DNA from: an uncultured Hormoscilla sp.
GTDB lineage: Bacteria > Cyanobacteriota > Cyanobacteriia > Cyanobacteriales > Desertifilaceae
Length of the DNA: 64,000 bases
Direction of reading: 5' to 3'
NCBI GenBank assembly: GCA_963921275.4
Contig: OZ001293.3
Coordinates: forward strand, 5,472,001-5,536,000
This document shows positions 20,559-31,592 of the stretch, in pieces. The notes under the pieces were generated by a model. That model did not search any database. It saw nothing but the letters and a program-made list of their open reading frames with translations, and was not told where the DNA came from. Made by a program: the position numbers and the translations under genes. The stretch's first letter is position 1; each line of letters opens with the position of its first letter.

Positions 20559-21308
20559 ATGGCCGACCCAGAAATTCGCACCGCCCAAGTCCAAGTACCC
20601 AACGGGGACTTACTCCTCGACGCTTACCTGGCCCAACCCACAGCATTGGGAAGCTTCCCTGCTGTGGTAGTCATACAGGAGATATTCGGAGTCAACGCTC
20701 ATATCCGAGAGGTGACCGAACGGATCGCTATGGATGGCTATGTGGCGATCGCCCCTGCCATCTACCAGCGCATAGCCCCGGGTTTTGAAGTCGGTTACAC
20801 CCCGGAAGATATCAAAATCGGCAAGGAATACAAAGCCCAAACCAAGGCCTCTGAACTGAAAAGCGACATCCAGGCCACCATAGACTACCTGAAACAGCAC
20901 GCAGAGGTGGCCCGATCGGGCTTTGGTTGTATTGGCTTCTGTTTTGGGGGTCACGTCGCCTATCTTGCCGCCACCCTACCCGAGATCCAAGCCACCGCCT
21001 CATTCTACGGTGCAGGCATCACCAACTGGTCTCCCGGGGAAGGCCCGGCCACGATCGCCTGCACTCCCGAGATTAAAGGCACCATTTACGCTTTCTTTGG
21101 CATGGAAGACGCCAGTATCCCAGCTGCACAAGTCGATCTTATAGAGGCCGAACTGCAAAAACATCGAATTTCCCATCGCATCTTTCGCTACGATGGAGCA
21201 GACCACGGTTTCTGCTGCGACCACCGTTCTAGTTATAATCATGAAGCTGCAACTGACGCCTGGAATCAGGTGCAGCAGCTATTCTCCCAAGAACTCCAGG
21301 CAGCTTAA
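20559..21308 (+). CDS. Dienelactone hydrolase family protein
   Basis: QEIFGVN, GFCFGG, ADHGF. Confidence 0.95.
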   Translation: MADPEIRTAQVQVPNGDLLLDAYLAQPTALGSFPAVVVIQEIFGVNAHIREVTERIAMDGYVAIAPAIYQRIAPGFEVGYTPEDIKIGKEYKAQTKASELKSDIQATIDYLKQHAEVARSGFGCIGFCFGGHVAYLAATLPEIQATASFYGAGITNWSPGEGPATIACTPEIKGTIYAFFGMEDASIPAAQVDLIEAELQKHRISHRIFRYDGADHGFCCDHRSSYNHEAATDAWNQVQQLFSQELQAA

Positions 21309-21323
21309 TTTCTTCTTAGTACA

Positions 21324-22238
21324 ATGAATTCCCAAGAAACAGCACCGCACCCAACCAAAGATTCATTCTCAATGGATGATTTCACCCAGGCCCTAGAAAC
21401 ACATGACTACAACTTTCAAAAAGGGCAAGTCGTGCGGGGCAAGGTAGAAGTATACGATGAGGATGGCGTCTATGTAGAAATTGGTGCCAAGTCCACAGCA
21501 TTCTTACCCATGAACGAAGTTGCCTTTGGCAGCTTAAAGGATAAGGATATCAAAGAAGTCCTGCCCCAAGAAGAGGAACTGGACTTCCTGATCGTCCGCG
21601 AACAGAATGATGAAGGTCAGGTGACCCTCTCCCGCCGTCAGCTGGAAATCAAGCAGATATGGGAAAAGCTGACCGAGATGGAGGAAAATAGGCAATCATT
21701 GCAGGTGACGGTCACGGGATCCAACAAAGGCGGCGTCACTGTGGACGTGGAAGGGTTGCGCGGCTTTATCCCTCGATCGCACCTGATCGATCGAGACAAC
21801 CTGGAAGTTTTGAAAGGAGAATCCCTGAGCGTCAGCTTTTTGGAAGTCAACCAGGAAACGAAAAAAATTGTCCTCTCTCAGCGGATAGCAGCTCAGTCCG
21901 CTAGCTTCAGCGAATTCGAGTTGGGGCAGTTGGTAGAAGGTAAAATTGCTAACATCAAACCCTTTGGCGTATTTGTAGATTTGGGTGGTTCAACAGCTCT
22001 GCTGCATGTCAAGCAAATCAGCCAAAATTACTTACCGTCCCTGTCAGACCTGTTTCAGATTGGTCAGGAAATTAAAGCGATGATTATTAATCTGGATGAA
22101 GGCAGAAGTCGCATTTCTCTGTCAACCAGGTTGTTGGAAAATTACCCAGGAGAAATGCTGGAAAAAATGTCCGAAGTCATGGCAACTGCAGAGGCCCGTA
22201 AAGACAGGGCGGCGAAAAAAATATTGGAAAACCAATAG
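21324..22238 (+). CDS. rps1b: S1 RNA-binding protein (ribosomal S1 homologue B)
   Basis: Three S1 domains; LRGFIPRSHL, KPFGVFVD. Confidence 0.88.
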   Translation: MNSQETAPHPTKDSFSMDDFTQALETHDYNFQKGQVVRGKVEVYDEDGVYVEIGAKSTAFLPMNEVAFGSLKDKDIKEVLPQEEELDFLIVREQNDEGQVTLSRRQLEIKQIWEKLTEMEENRQSLQVTVTGSNKGGVTVDVEGLRGFIPRSHLIDRDNLEVLKGESLSVSFLEVNQETKKIVLSQRIAAQSASFSEFELGQLVEGKIANIKPFGVFVDLGGSTALLHVKQISQNYLPSLSDLFQIGQEIKAMIINLDEGRSRISLSTRLLENYPGEMLEKMSEVMATAEARKDRAAKKILENQ

Positions 22239-22779
22239 CATCTCAGATTTGGAAATTGAGAATGTAAAATTGAGAATGGCCCCATTTACTATTTGCCATA
22301 GCGCTCGCGTATTGCATACATGCCTTGAGATTGTCAAACCATTAACGGTGATTGCTAATTATTCGGGGTTCATGGTTCGGGAAGGGTGGCAATTAGCAAT
22401 TAGGAAGAAAAAAGCACAGGTTAAATGGATGTCAACTAGTAAGCGGTGTCTGGAGCGTACCGAGTCCTTCAGGACAAGAGTACGCGGAAGACGCCGAGGT
22501 CACGCTGTTTCGCCCAGTCGGGCAAAAGGAAATGGATTTGATTCGGGAAAGTAATTATCGTAACTTTCCACCTCGATGTCTCCTGGGTGCCGTGCCGGAG
22601 GCGAGAGCACCGCAGGAGATATCGAAGTCTCCCGTTTCAGCCAATTTTTTACCCAGTAATTCAGGAATAATATGCAGTGCAGATAAGCTGTCGTGCATTT
22701 AAATTGCATAGGCAGATATTCTGAAAGCATTGCCCTCAATGGGTTTCTCCATTTTGAATTTTTAATTTTGAATTGCTTA

Positions 22780-23140
22780 GCGCGAGACTGGAATAGAAAA
22801 GATCCAGCTTCTGGATACGCTGGTTATGTCACCAATATTCGCATCGATGCCGAATATATCCAGAAATACCAGATCCAAACAGTAGGGAGTTCAAAGCATC
22901 AAGAATATTGGATTCCGGCAGCAGAGTTAGGAGAGTTTAACGAGGGTGCATCTCACTTTTGCGATATGGCAACAATTCTCGCTGCGCTCTGGCTAATTGA
23001 GAATTATTCGATTTCACCCGCAAGGGTCAGTTAAATTCATCGAAGTCTATTTGCAAATATGAGATGCACCCATTTAACGAAAATATTGTCGGTGCAATAG
23101 AAATAATTGCAGAATTTAAGTGCGAGCCGAGTTCAGAGTA
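22780..23140 (+). pseudogene. Fragment of ADP-ribosylation/crystallin J1-annotated small protein, interrupted by a MITE
   Basis: ARDWN..GYAGYVT..VGSSKHQEYWIPAAELGEFNE resumes as NIVGAIEIIAEF after the insert. Confidence 0.65.
22944..23071. mobile_element. MITE (128 bp), TIR GGGTGCATCTCA, duplication TTTAACGA
   Basis: GGGTGCATCTCA..TGAGATGCACCC flanked by gTTTAACGA and aTTTAACGA. Confidence 0.8.
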
Positions 23141-23154
23141 AAGCGGAGGAGAAA

Positions 23155-24126
23155 ATGGGTACGATCTGGGAACTGGATTTTCATTCCCGTCCAATCTTAG
23201 ACGATAACAATAAAAAAATCTGGGAAGTTCTGCTGTGCGAGAGTCCTTTGGATATCCAGCAGGAATCACAGTTTCGGTACTCTCAGTATTGTTCTAGTAA
23301 AGAGGTGAATTCAGTGAAGCTGCGCCAAGCCCTGGAAGAGGCGATCGCCCAAGCAGGAAAAGCCCCCAGCCAAATTCGCTTTTTTCGGCGTCAGATGAAA
23401 AATATGATAACGAAAGCCTGTCAGGAATTAGATATTCAGGCGGTGCCGTCGCGGCGGACGATAGCCCTCAACCAGTTGCTGGAAGAACGAAGCCAGGAAG
23501 TGTATCCCCAGGAGACTGGATACGACCCCCAGGCTGTACCATCAGCATCCGTGCGCTATCAACCCCAAACGCCTCAACGGCTACCAGACGCCCTGATGCC
23601 CAAGCAATGGGCCTTTGTCAGCTTAACAGCGGGGGATCTTCAGGAAATGTCGGAGTGGGAGATTTCCTTTGGCGAAGCCTTCCCGATCCCCCAGAAGGTG
23701 ACACCAGAAACTCCTATCCCGGGAGTGATTTTATTCTCGCCTCGGGCCCTGCCGATGGCGGGTTGGATGTCAGGTATAGAACTGGCGTTTTTGAAGTTTA
23801 TCCCCTTCGATGCACTCGGGGCGCGCTACTCGCACTACCCCTTGATGCCTGAGGGGTTTTTGCGTCTGCGCAGCAGCTGCGCAGCTGCTAGCATCCCGAA
23901 GGCATCGAAGCGCATCGAGTCTCCAGCAAAATTAATCTTGGAAACGGGGGCTAGTGAAAGCTGGATTTTAGCGAACCTGAAGACTAAGCAACTCATCACA
24001 GAAGCAGCAGGATTTGAATCAGCAAAACAGGAAGCGCAGCAAATCCATTTTTTAGCTGTCCAGTCGGATCCGCAGTCCCAATCCTTTGCCGGATTTTGGC
24101 TGTTACAAGAACTGCATCTAGCATAA
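23155..24126 (+). CDS. Tab2/Atab2 (DUF1092) RNA-binding protein with 36-aa in-frame insert
   Basis: WELDFHSRPILD..KKIWE, IRFFRRQM, HFLAVQ..FAGFWLL. Confidence 0.92.
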   Translation: MGTIWELDFHSRPILDDNNKKIWEVLLCESPLDIQQESQFRYSQYCSSKEVNSVKLRQALEEAIAQAGKAPSQIRFFRRQMKNMITKACQELDIQAVPSRRTIALNQLLEERSQEVYPQETGYDPQAVPSASVRYQPQTPQRLPDALMPKQWAFVSLTAGDLQEMSEWEISFGEAFPIPQKVTPETPIPGVILFSPRALPMAGWMSGIELAFLKFIPFDALGARYSHYPLMPEGFLRLRSSCAAASIPKASKRIESPAKLILETGASESWILANLKTKQLITEAAGFESAKQEAQQIHFLAVQSDPQSQSFAGFWLLQELHLA

Positions 24127-24226
24127 ACAAAATCCGGTACCCGTAATGAAAAAATAAATAAATGTAGGTTGGGTTTCCGCACGAAACTCAACATGACCAA
24201 CAAGAAGCTGAGGAGGAAAGCAGCGA

Positions 24227-25555
24227 GTGACAGATACTGAGGACCGAGAAGGAGAAAGCTTGGCCGAGCAACTGTTAGATATAGCAGGTAAAAATGGCGC
24301 AGAAGCAGCAGAAGTATTTCAAGAGCGATCGCGCTCTTTATCGGCGGCATTCGAGGCGAACAGACTCAAGGAACTGACGAACAGCGAATCAGCAGGTACG
24401 GCCCTCAGATTGTGGGTGGACGAGCGTCCGGGTTTGGCAGTAGCCTACGGTCCAGTGGACCCAAAAGCGCTGGTAGAACGGGCGATCGCTATATCCCATC
24501 TCAACCAGACTCAAACAATAGAATTAGCAGAGAAGGGAGGGAAAAATATAGAGCAAAATATGGGAAAATCTGTGGCAGCAGAGCAGCTGGTAGCCTGGGG
24601 TAAAGAGGCGATCGCCCGGGTCATAGAGGCCTATCCAGAAGTCATCTGCAATAGCGAATGGGATTGTGAAATTGAAACCACTAGCATCATTAACTCCAAG
24701 GGACTGAACCGTAGCTATACAGACAGCACCCTCAGCTGCTATTTAGAAGCAGAATGGGTGCGAGGGGACGATTTCTTGGGCGTGAGTGAAGGTCAAACTC
24801 AGCGGACCCGCCTCGATCCCAACCTAGTAGCAAATGCATTATTACAGCGATTAGACTGGGGCAAATCAAAGGTGCCACCCTCCACAACAGGTCGCCTACC
24901 AATCTTGTTTACTGCCAAAGCAGCAGACCTATTCTGGGAAATTATTAGCAGCGCCCTCAACGGTAAACAGGTAGTAGAGAAAGCATCCCCCTGGAGTGAC
25001 TTCTTAGGAGAAAAGGTAATCTCCACCCACCTCACCCTTTTCCAGCAACCAGAAGCTGGTCCTTACAGTTGTCCCTTTGACGACGAAGGCACGAGCACTA
25101 AACCCTTAGTATTCATCCAAAATGGCATCTTAGAAAACTTCTACGCCGACAGGACCATAGGCTTATTGCTAGGTCAAGGTAAAGGAACGACAGGAAATGG
25201 GTTTCGCCCCGGTTTAGGGAGTTATCCCACACCGGGTATGTTTAACTTACTAATTCAACCCGGAACTGGTCAACTGCCCGACTTAATTGCTCAGCTAGAG
25301 GATGGACTGGTAGTAGATCAAATCCTTGGCGATGCGGCGGGAATTTCTGGGGAATTTTCCATCAACGTTGACCTAGGATATCTTGTCCGTGATGGTCAAA
25401 TAGTCGGTCGAATTAAAGATACGATGGTTGCCGGTAATGTCTATCAGGCCCTGAAACAGTTAGTGGCATTGGGAGGCGACGCAGACTGGAAAGGTTCTTG
25501 CTATACCCCATCGTTGATTGTTGATGGTCTTTCCGTTACCGGAAAAACGGATTAA
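24227..25555 (+). CDS. TldD/PmbA family protein
   Basis: FEANRL, PFDDEG, TGNG, SGEFS, DTMVAGN. Confidence 0.92.
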   Translation: MTDTEDREGESLAEQLLDIAGKNGAEAAEVFQERSRSLSAAFEANRLKELTNSESAGTALRLWVDERPGLAVAYGPVDPKALVERAIAISHLNQTQTIELAEKGGKNIEQNMGKSVAAEQLVAWGKEAIARVIEAYPEVICNSEWDCEIETTSIINSKGLNRSYTDSTLSCYLEAEWVRGDDFLGVSEGQTQRTRLDPNLVANALLQRLDWGKSKVPPSTTGRLPILFTAKAADLFWEIISSALNGKQVVEKASPWSDFLGEKVISTHLTLFQQPEAGPYSCPFDDEGTSTKPLVFIQNGILENFYADRTIGLLLGQGKGTTGNGFRPGLGSYPTPGMFNLLIQPGTGQLPDLIAQLEDGLVVDQILGDAAGISGEFSINVDLGYLVRDGQIVGRIKDTMVAGNVYQALKQLVALGGDADWKGSCYTPSLIVDGLSVTGKTD

Positions 25556-25696
25556 GTATGAAATCTCAAAGAGAAAATCGCACTGTACTCTTCAGAACAT
25601 CTTCGGTAAATTTCCCATAATCTGAATTCAGAATGATTCTTTATGGGGAATACGCTCTGATATCATACTTTAGTTGCCTATTGTGCAATCGATGTT

Positions 25697-26630
25697 ATGT
25701 TTAGCCTGAGCCGCTTTCTATCGCCCAAACGCCGCCTCGAAAAGGCAAGTACCTCCCGTGCTGGCACGAACGTAGAAGCTTGCATCATTGGTTTGGTATC
25801 GGGATGCAGCGCAGTTTTACTTCATATTGGCATCGGGCTATTAGGACCAGTCCGCATACAGGTATCTAACTACCTGCCAGTTTGGTTCGTTTTACCAGTT
25901 ATCGGCATCAGTTTTGGCTTCATTGCTGGCTGGTTGATAGAGCAATTTGCACCGGAAACTCGGGGTAGCGGCGTTGCCCAAGTTAAGTCAGCCCTGACTG
26001 GTGGCTCCATCGTGCTGAACTGGCGCGTGGCCCTAGTCAAATTCTCGAGTACCCTGCGATCTGGTCCTAGTCAAATGGGCCAACTGTGTCCCCCGGGAGC
26101 GCTACTCGCACTACCCGGGGGACACAGCCTCCCAGGCCAGAGGCGGGGCTAGCGAGCAGAATAAATCGCTCAATCTGCCCAATCCCTTGTCGAAAAATCC
26201 CGCTCCCAATTATTGTCCCGTCCCCCTCTTTAAACGCTGGCTATTGCCGATGGCGGGTGGTCCCCATAGCGCTGCGGCGGTGCGACTCCTCCCCGCCCTT
26301 GTCAAAGGACAGTTTTCTCCAGAAATCCGCTTGTGCCAGGTTTTTGACCCAGAACTGGACAAGATCGATCGCCACGTGATCGATCGGGCGAGCAAGTTTC
26401 TCAAACCGAAACTGAAGAGTGGTTTTGTCGCTGCCACAGTCCTGCGATCGCCTTCTGTTCCCGAAGCCATAATTGACCAAGCGTCTAATGATAACACCGA
26501 TGTGGTAATGATGGGAGCTAGCCGCGAGGGTTTGCTACAGCAGGCCATTAAGGGCAATATCCCAGAGGCGATCGCCTCTGGCTGTAATTGTACTGTGATT
26601 CTGGTCCGCAGCAGCAATCCTAATAGTTGA
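25697..26630 (+). pseudogene. ClC chloride channel N-terminus plus USP C-terminus, middle deleted
   Basis: APETRGSGVAQVK (ClC) then WLLPMAGGP..MGASREGLLQQAIKGNIPEAIA (USP). Confidence 0.75.
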
Positions 26631-27068
26631 TAAATTATTCACCGTCGCTCTCAACTATTGTGAGAGGGTTTCCAGTTCTTCAAAATGGTATATGGCAATC
26701 AAGGGGCGATCGCCGCATGGTTTCGCATTTAATATCGTCCATTTTTCTTCTGGAGTGGTCACAATACCTCAAGGGATAGCGATCGCATCTGTCGCGCGAT
26801 CTATTTCCACCGACTCCCAAACCCCAACCGTCGGGCCCAACCTACGGGAGTATTCGGTTGTGAAATTTAGAATTGCCAGACCCCACCCCGACAAAGAGTT
26901 AAAATTCTTGGGAACAAATACATCCGCACCTTTCCAAACAGGCGATCGCCGAAAGGTTATAATAGAAACCCGGTTTCTTACCGCCAACCGGCGATCGCCC
27001 TCTTTACCAACTGGTGCAAGACCGCAAATTCCGTGCTAAGATGGTATCGTTGAATTGAGGGAAAAAAT

Positions 27069-27935
27069 ATGGTAGGTTCCACGGTTGATGTTAAGATTTC
27101 TCAAAAGACCCTGAGCTTTGCCGAATACCTAGAGTATTCCGGAAAACCGGGTGTGATGTACGAAATCTATCGCGGTCAATTGATCTAAATGCCAACACCA
27201 ACAGGTTTACACAACCTAATAAGTAAATTTTTAACCGTCGAGTTTCTGCGCTACTTTATATCAGAAAACTTGAACTTGGTAGCGATAGACTTGACGGGAG
27301 TCAGAACGGAAGAAAATACATCGAGGATACCAGATGTAGTCGTTTGTAATCAAAGTTTTTGAAAAAATGTTTGCGATCGCAAAGGCGCAGCAGTGCTGGA
27401 CTTTGAGGAAAAACCACTCTTAGTAGTAGAAGTGACAAGTCAAAATTGGCGCGATGACTACGGAACTAAACGTCCTGAATACGATCGCCTGGATATTCCG
27501 GAGTATTGGATCGTAAACCCAGAGCGGGAGCGAGTGCGGTTGTGTAGTAAAATTGCCGGAGGATCGAGTTACGCAGAGCGAGATTTTTTGCCGGGAGATG
27601 ACGTCAATAGCGCGCAATTTCCGGGATTAATATTACCGGTAGCTCGAATACTAGATCCGCCGGATGTAGACTATTTGGTCCGAGAGGAACTCAGACTGCG
27701 ACAAGAACTAGAAGAACTCGAACAGCAAATAAATGCAGAACGTCAACGTGCTGAGGCAGAACGTCAACGTGCTGATACAGAACGTCAACGTGCTGAGGCC
27801 GCAGATCGCACGTCTGAGGCCGCAGATCGCACGTCTGAGGCCGCAGATCGCACGTCAGAGGCCGCAGATCGCACGTCAGAACAATTAGCGCAATACTTAC
27901 AGGCTCTGGGAATAGATCCCGATACCATTAACTGA
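27069..27935 (+). pseudogene. Uma2 family endonuclease with internal stops and 21-nt tandem repeats at the 3' end
   Basis: SRIPDV, LVVEVTS..DYGTKR.EY..IPEYWIV; premature stops near 27187 and 27360; ERQRA and EAADRTS repeats. Confidence 0.85.
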
Positions 27936-28299
27936 TATCTCGCGATCGCACCCCCGATCGCCAGGGGCGGTCAGCGGTGAAGCGAACTTCTCACACTTGC
28001 GCGATCAACTATTGCGATTGTCGCAATAGTTTTATTGGCCCAGTCGCCATGGCTTCGGAGCGAGGGACTGTGGCGATCGCCGTTGGAGAGTTCTCCCGCT
28101 GTCGTGCATTAAATTGCACGAGCTGATCCGCTGCGATCGGTGTTCATGGGGGACTTTTCCAATGCCAGCAATTTAGCATAGAGAGAATGCCAGAATTACT
28201 TACAGTTCACATCAACCGCCACAGATAAGGTTACAACCCATAGCACCAGACCACGGAAAAACCAGTAGTCAAGGTCGCGGTGTCTGGCACGGCGACCTC

Positions 28300-28551
28300 C
28301 TAGTCAATGAAATAGCCCCTCAACAGCGGCTCCAACTTTTTCCGCGCCTGGGAGACGCGCTTGCAAACACAGTCGTAGGACATCCCTTGCCGTTCGACTA
28401 TTTCTGTATGGGTAAGCTCCTCATAAAAATGCACCCATAAAGTTTCCCGCATCCGTTCCGGTAAGGAGGCGATCGCCCGTCGAATTACCACCGACTTCTC
28501 CTCGCTCTCCAGAACCATCTCCGGCGACTCCACCGCTGACGCCACGCCCAT
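28300..28551 (-). pseudogene. Sigma-70 region 4 fragment
   Basis: AIASLPERMRE..ELTHTEI..VCKRVSQARKKL. Confidence 0.6.
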
Positions 28552-28644
28552 ATCCCCCGTATCGCCAACCCACTCTATATCTCAACACCGACAGCATCGG
28601 CCCGAAGGCACGTTGCAATGTTATTATCAACATCGGCGTCATCA

Positions 28645-28965
28645 CGATATTGGAATATTGGCAGGCAGGATATTACGGCTCATGTGAATTTTACGGCTAT
28701 AGACAAAATGGGAGATTGGTGGGGTTTGATGTTTGTAGATTTTACCCAGCAGGGATTGTTTTTGATGGCGTTGGGTTTGGGGGATAGGTTAAATGAGTTA
28801 TCGAGCGATCGCCTTTTATCAATTACCGATGTTTTGCGACGGCGCTCGGCGTTACATTCCCTGATAGACCCGATGGGATTGGGTGGTTTTGGAGTGTTGG
28901 TGCAAAGCAAGGGTTTGACTGAAGAAGAGGAAGGGATAAAGTTAACAGGTTTGAGGATACCGTAG
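28645..28965 (+). pseudogene. SAM-dependent methyltransferase (MidA/NDUFAF7 type), C-terminal fragment
   Basis: GRQDITAHVNFTA..TQQGLFLMALG..LIDPMGLGGFGVL. Confidence 0.8.
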
Positions 28966-29269
28966 AGAGAATCGACTTATGCCAGAGGTTTACTATACCT
29001 TCTGCACTAATGCCCGTAACTGTCATTGCGAGACGGCGACATAGATCGTCAACCTCAAAGCGCAAAAGCGTCAAACCACGAGCGTTAACGCGCTTATATT
29101 AAGTGGCAATGAATAACCATAATAAATTTCAATATGTCATTGCGAGGGGGGGTGGCAAAGAGATAGGTTATTGGGTTTAGCAATTAAGCCCCCCCGAAGC
29201 AACCTCGATTTGACTCGATCATGGTTGAGAGATTGCTTTGGCTGGTTTAACTTTTTGCTGATAAAGTTT

Positions 29270-29452
29270 AATGAAGCGATCGCTATAGTCAAGCTTTTGA
29301 TAACTCAACGTTTTGGAGAGGTTTCTGAAGGGATTAGTAGTCAGATAGAAGGTTTGCCTTTGGCAGATGTGGAGGGTTTGGTGAAGGCGTTTTTAAGTTT
29401 TAATAGTTTGGAAGATTTGGAAAGTTGGTTGCAGGAACGTTTGAGGTCTTAA
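29270..29452 (+). pseudogene. DUF4351 domain fragment
   Basis: LITQRFGEV..QIEGLPL..L..FNSLEDLESWL. Confidence 0.7.
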
Positions 29453-29546
29453 TTGAATGAGGCAATCGCGTAGCGTGCCGGAGGCGCATCCCTTTATCGG
29501 ACGGGTCGGGCGGGGGTTCGATTTTTGACGAGCAAAAGAAACAATG

Positions 29547-29575
29547 AGGGTGCGTCCACAAAGCGGACGCACCCT
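29547..29575. terminator. 11-bp hairpin between convergent genes, possible terminator
   Basis: AGGGTGCGTCC-N7-GGACGCACCCT. Confidence 0.35.
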
Positions 29576-29646
29576 ACCATTCTCCCAAACAGTATTGACT
29601 CAGATTCAGCCTCCCGGTTTTCCGGGATTTTCCTGTCACCGGGCAG

Positions 29647-29740
29647 GTGAGGTTGAAGCGGCCAGTTACCCGACCGCCTCCTCTCAGCCCCCTGCGTGCG
29701 GAATTACCCCACAAGGTTCCCCGGTGTCGCTCGCTTCACA
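29647..29740 (-). mobile_element. Isolated domain V-VI relic of a different group II intron class
   Basis: Minus strand GAACCTTGTGGGGTAATTCCGCACGCAGGGGGCTGAGAGGAGGCGGTCGGGTAACTGGCCGCTTCAACCTCAC. Confidence 0.6.
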
Positions 29741-29777
29741 CTCTGCCTGAACAGGAATCAAGGTTTGACTTTCTGGT

Positions 29778-31592
29778 TTACTCCTTTACCACACGCATTG
29801 AATGTGGGTGGGAGAAGTCTAAGTACTCACCATTTTGCGCTTTCACATGTTTTAGATCTTCGTTAGGGACGGTGCCTGTAAAGGTAGCAAGACGGTTGTA
29901 GGATAAATTATCGTAATCAGACAGCATGACCCCCGTACCTTCAGATGCTTGCACATAGATTTGTTTATCGTAGATAAACCCTGGAAGTGAGTATGCTGAA
30001 CGCTTACCTACCGGAAGACAGTACTGGTTTTTCACGTCTAAGAGAACAATACAGCCTAGTGGCTCGCTTGATTCAACTACTCGCATCGAATGCGGATGAG
30101 AGAAATCCAGAACCTCACCATTTTGCGCTTTCACCTCTTTTAGCTCATCGTTAGAGACGTAGCCTGTAAAGGTGGCAAGACGGTTGTAAGACAAATTGTC
30201 ATAATCAGACAGCATGACCCCCACACCTTGAGGAGCGTTCACATAGACGGGTTTATTGTAAATAAACTCTGGAAGTGAGTATCCTGAACGTTTACCTACC
30301 GGAAGACAGTACTCATCTTGCGTGTCTAAGCTAACAATACAGCCTAGTGGCTCGCTTGATTCAACTACTCGCATCGAATGCGGATGGGAGAAATCCAGAA
30401 CCTCACCATTTTGCGCTTTCACTTCTTTTAGCTCATCGTTAGAGACGTAGCCTGTAAAGGTGGCAAGACGGTTGTAAGACAAATTGTCATAATCAGACAG
30501 CATGACCCCCACACCTTGAGGAGCGTTCACATAGACGGGTTTATCGTAAATAAACTCTGGAAGTGAGTATGGTGAACGTTCGCCTACCGGAAGACAATAC
30601 TCTTGTTTTGTCTCGACATTCACTATACAACCTTGCGCTTCTTCCACCGCGTGGGCAGGAGTCATAAAGAACAGGTGCGACTCGTTCTAGCCTAATGTAG
30701 TAAATACAGAACGCTAGCCTAGGAAACTAGGAACTCTGGTGATCATGGGGGTTAAATTCCCCTCCTCCAGGTACAGGAGTGACCGCGTGAGGTGCTGCGG
30801 AGCCACATCGCCGTGGTGCTAAGCGAGGACTTAAATGTAGGATAGCTGGCAGCCTCAGCCAGCAACGCCGCGCTTGTTAGAGGCTCATGGTGAGAACAAG
30901 CGAATCTCTGTAAGTATCGTCATCTGAGACCAGCTCTAAGGCTGATTACGCTGGCCCAAAATGGAAAAGTAGTTCGCGTGTCAATGTTTTGTTTTCATTG
31001 ACAATGTGCCCTCAACAACTACCGGTATATAGTCGAGACCTAAAAGCCTCGTGAAATGATACCAGGGAACGAAGTAACCCCATGTGTGCTGTCCATATGG
31101 ACCAGTCAGATGTAAAGCGTAAGCCACGTGTGGGAAAGATGGCCCAAGAAGCAAATGCCTGGGCGGTGTCTTCCGCATGCTCTTGTCCTGAAGGACAAGA
31201 GCATGCGGAAGACGCCGGGTAATGCCTAGGATAAGCAGACATGGGTCGGTGATAGTAGGAAGTCTTAGGTAAAAGTAGCTCTAAACGTCATCAGCCCATC
31301 ATGTAAATGATGAGGAATGAATTACTGGTAAAACGGACATGATAATGGTGATACTAAAGGTTATCCGGCAGCGCCACTCACCAACCAGGAAAGGAGCCAA
31401 ATCGCATAGGACAAGGAACAACGAGAGTAATCCCTAGTAATTCTGCCAATGATAAGGACCTACTACCCAGTAGCCGTGTGCGGTGAAAGTCGCATGCACG
31501 GTTCCGAAAGGGAGGGTTGGAAAGTGATTTCCAGCTCGACCCCTAATAGTTGTAGCAATTACTGACAAACAGAAAAGCAAAATGCGCTTCAT
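29778..31592 (-). pseudogene. Secreted protein with three StcE C-terminal (X409-like) modules, split by an antisense intron (parts 31592-31548 and 30674-29778)
   Basis: Three repeats GCIV..YCLPVG.RS.YSLP..MLSDYDNLSYNRL..AQNG..LDFSHPHSMRVV; intron removal gives signal peptide MKRILLFCLSVIATT|LFFMTPAHA. Confidence 0.82.
30675..31547 (+). mobile_element. ORF-less group II intron, copy 3 (873 nt including a 54-nt palindromic insert)
   Basis: GTGCGACTCG start; DV AGCCGTGTGCGGTGAAAGTCGCATGCACGGTT; boundaries fixed by in-frame rejoining of host gene; EBS1 UUGUUU pairs GAACAG. Confidence 0.92.
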
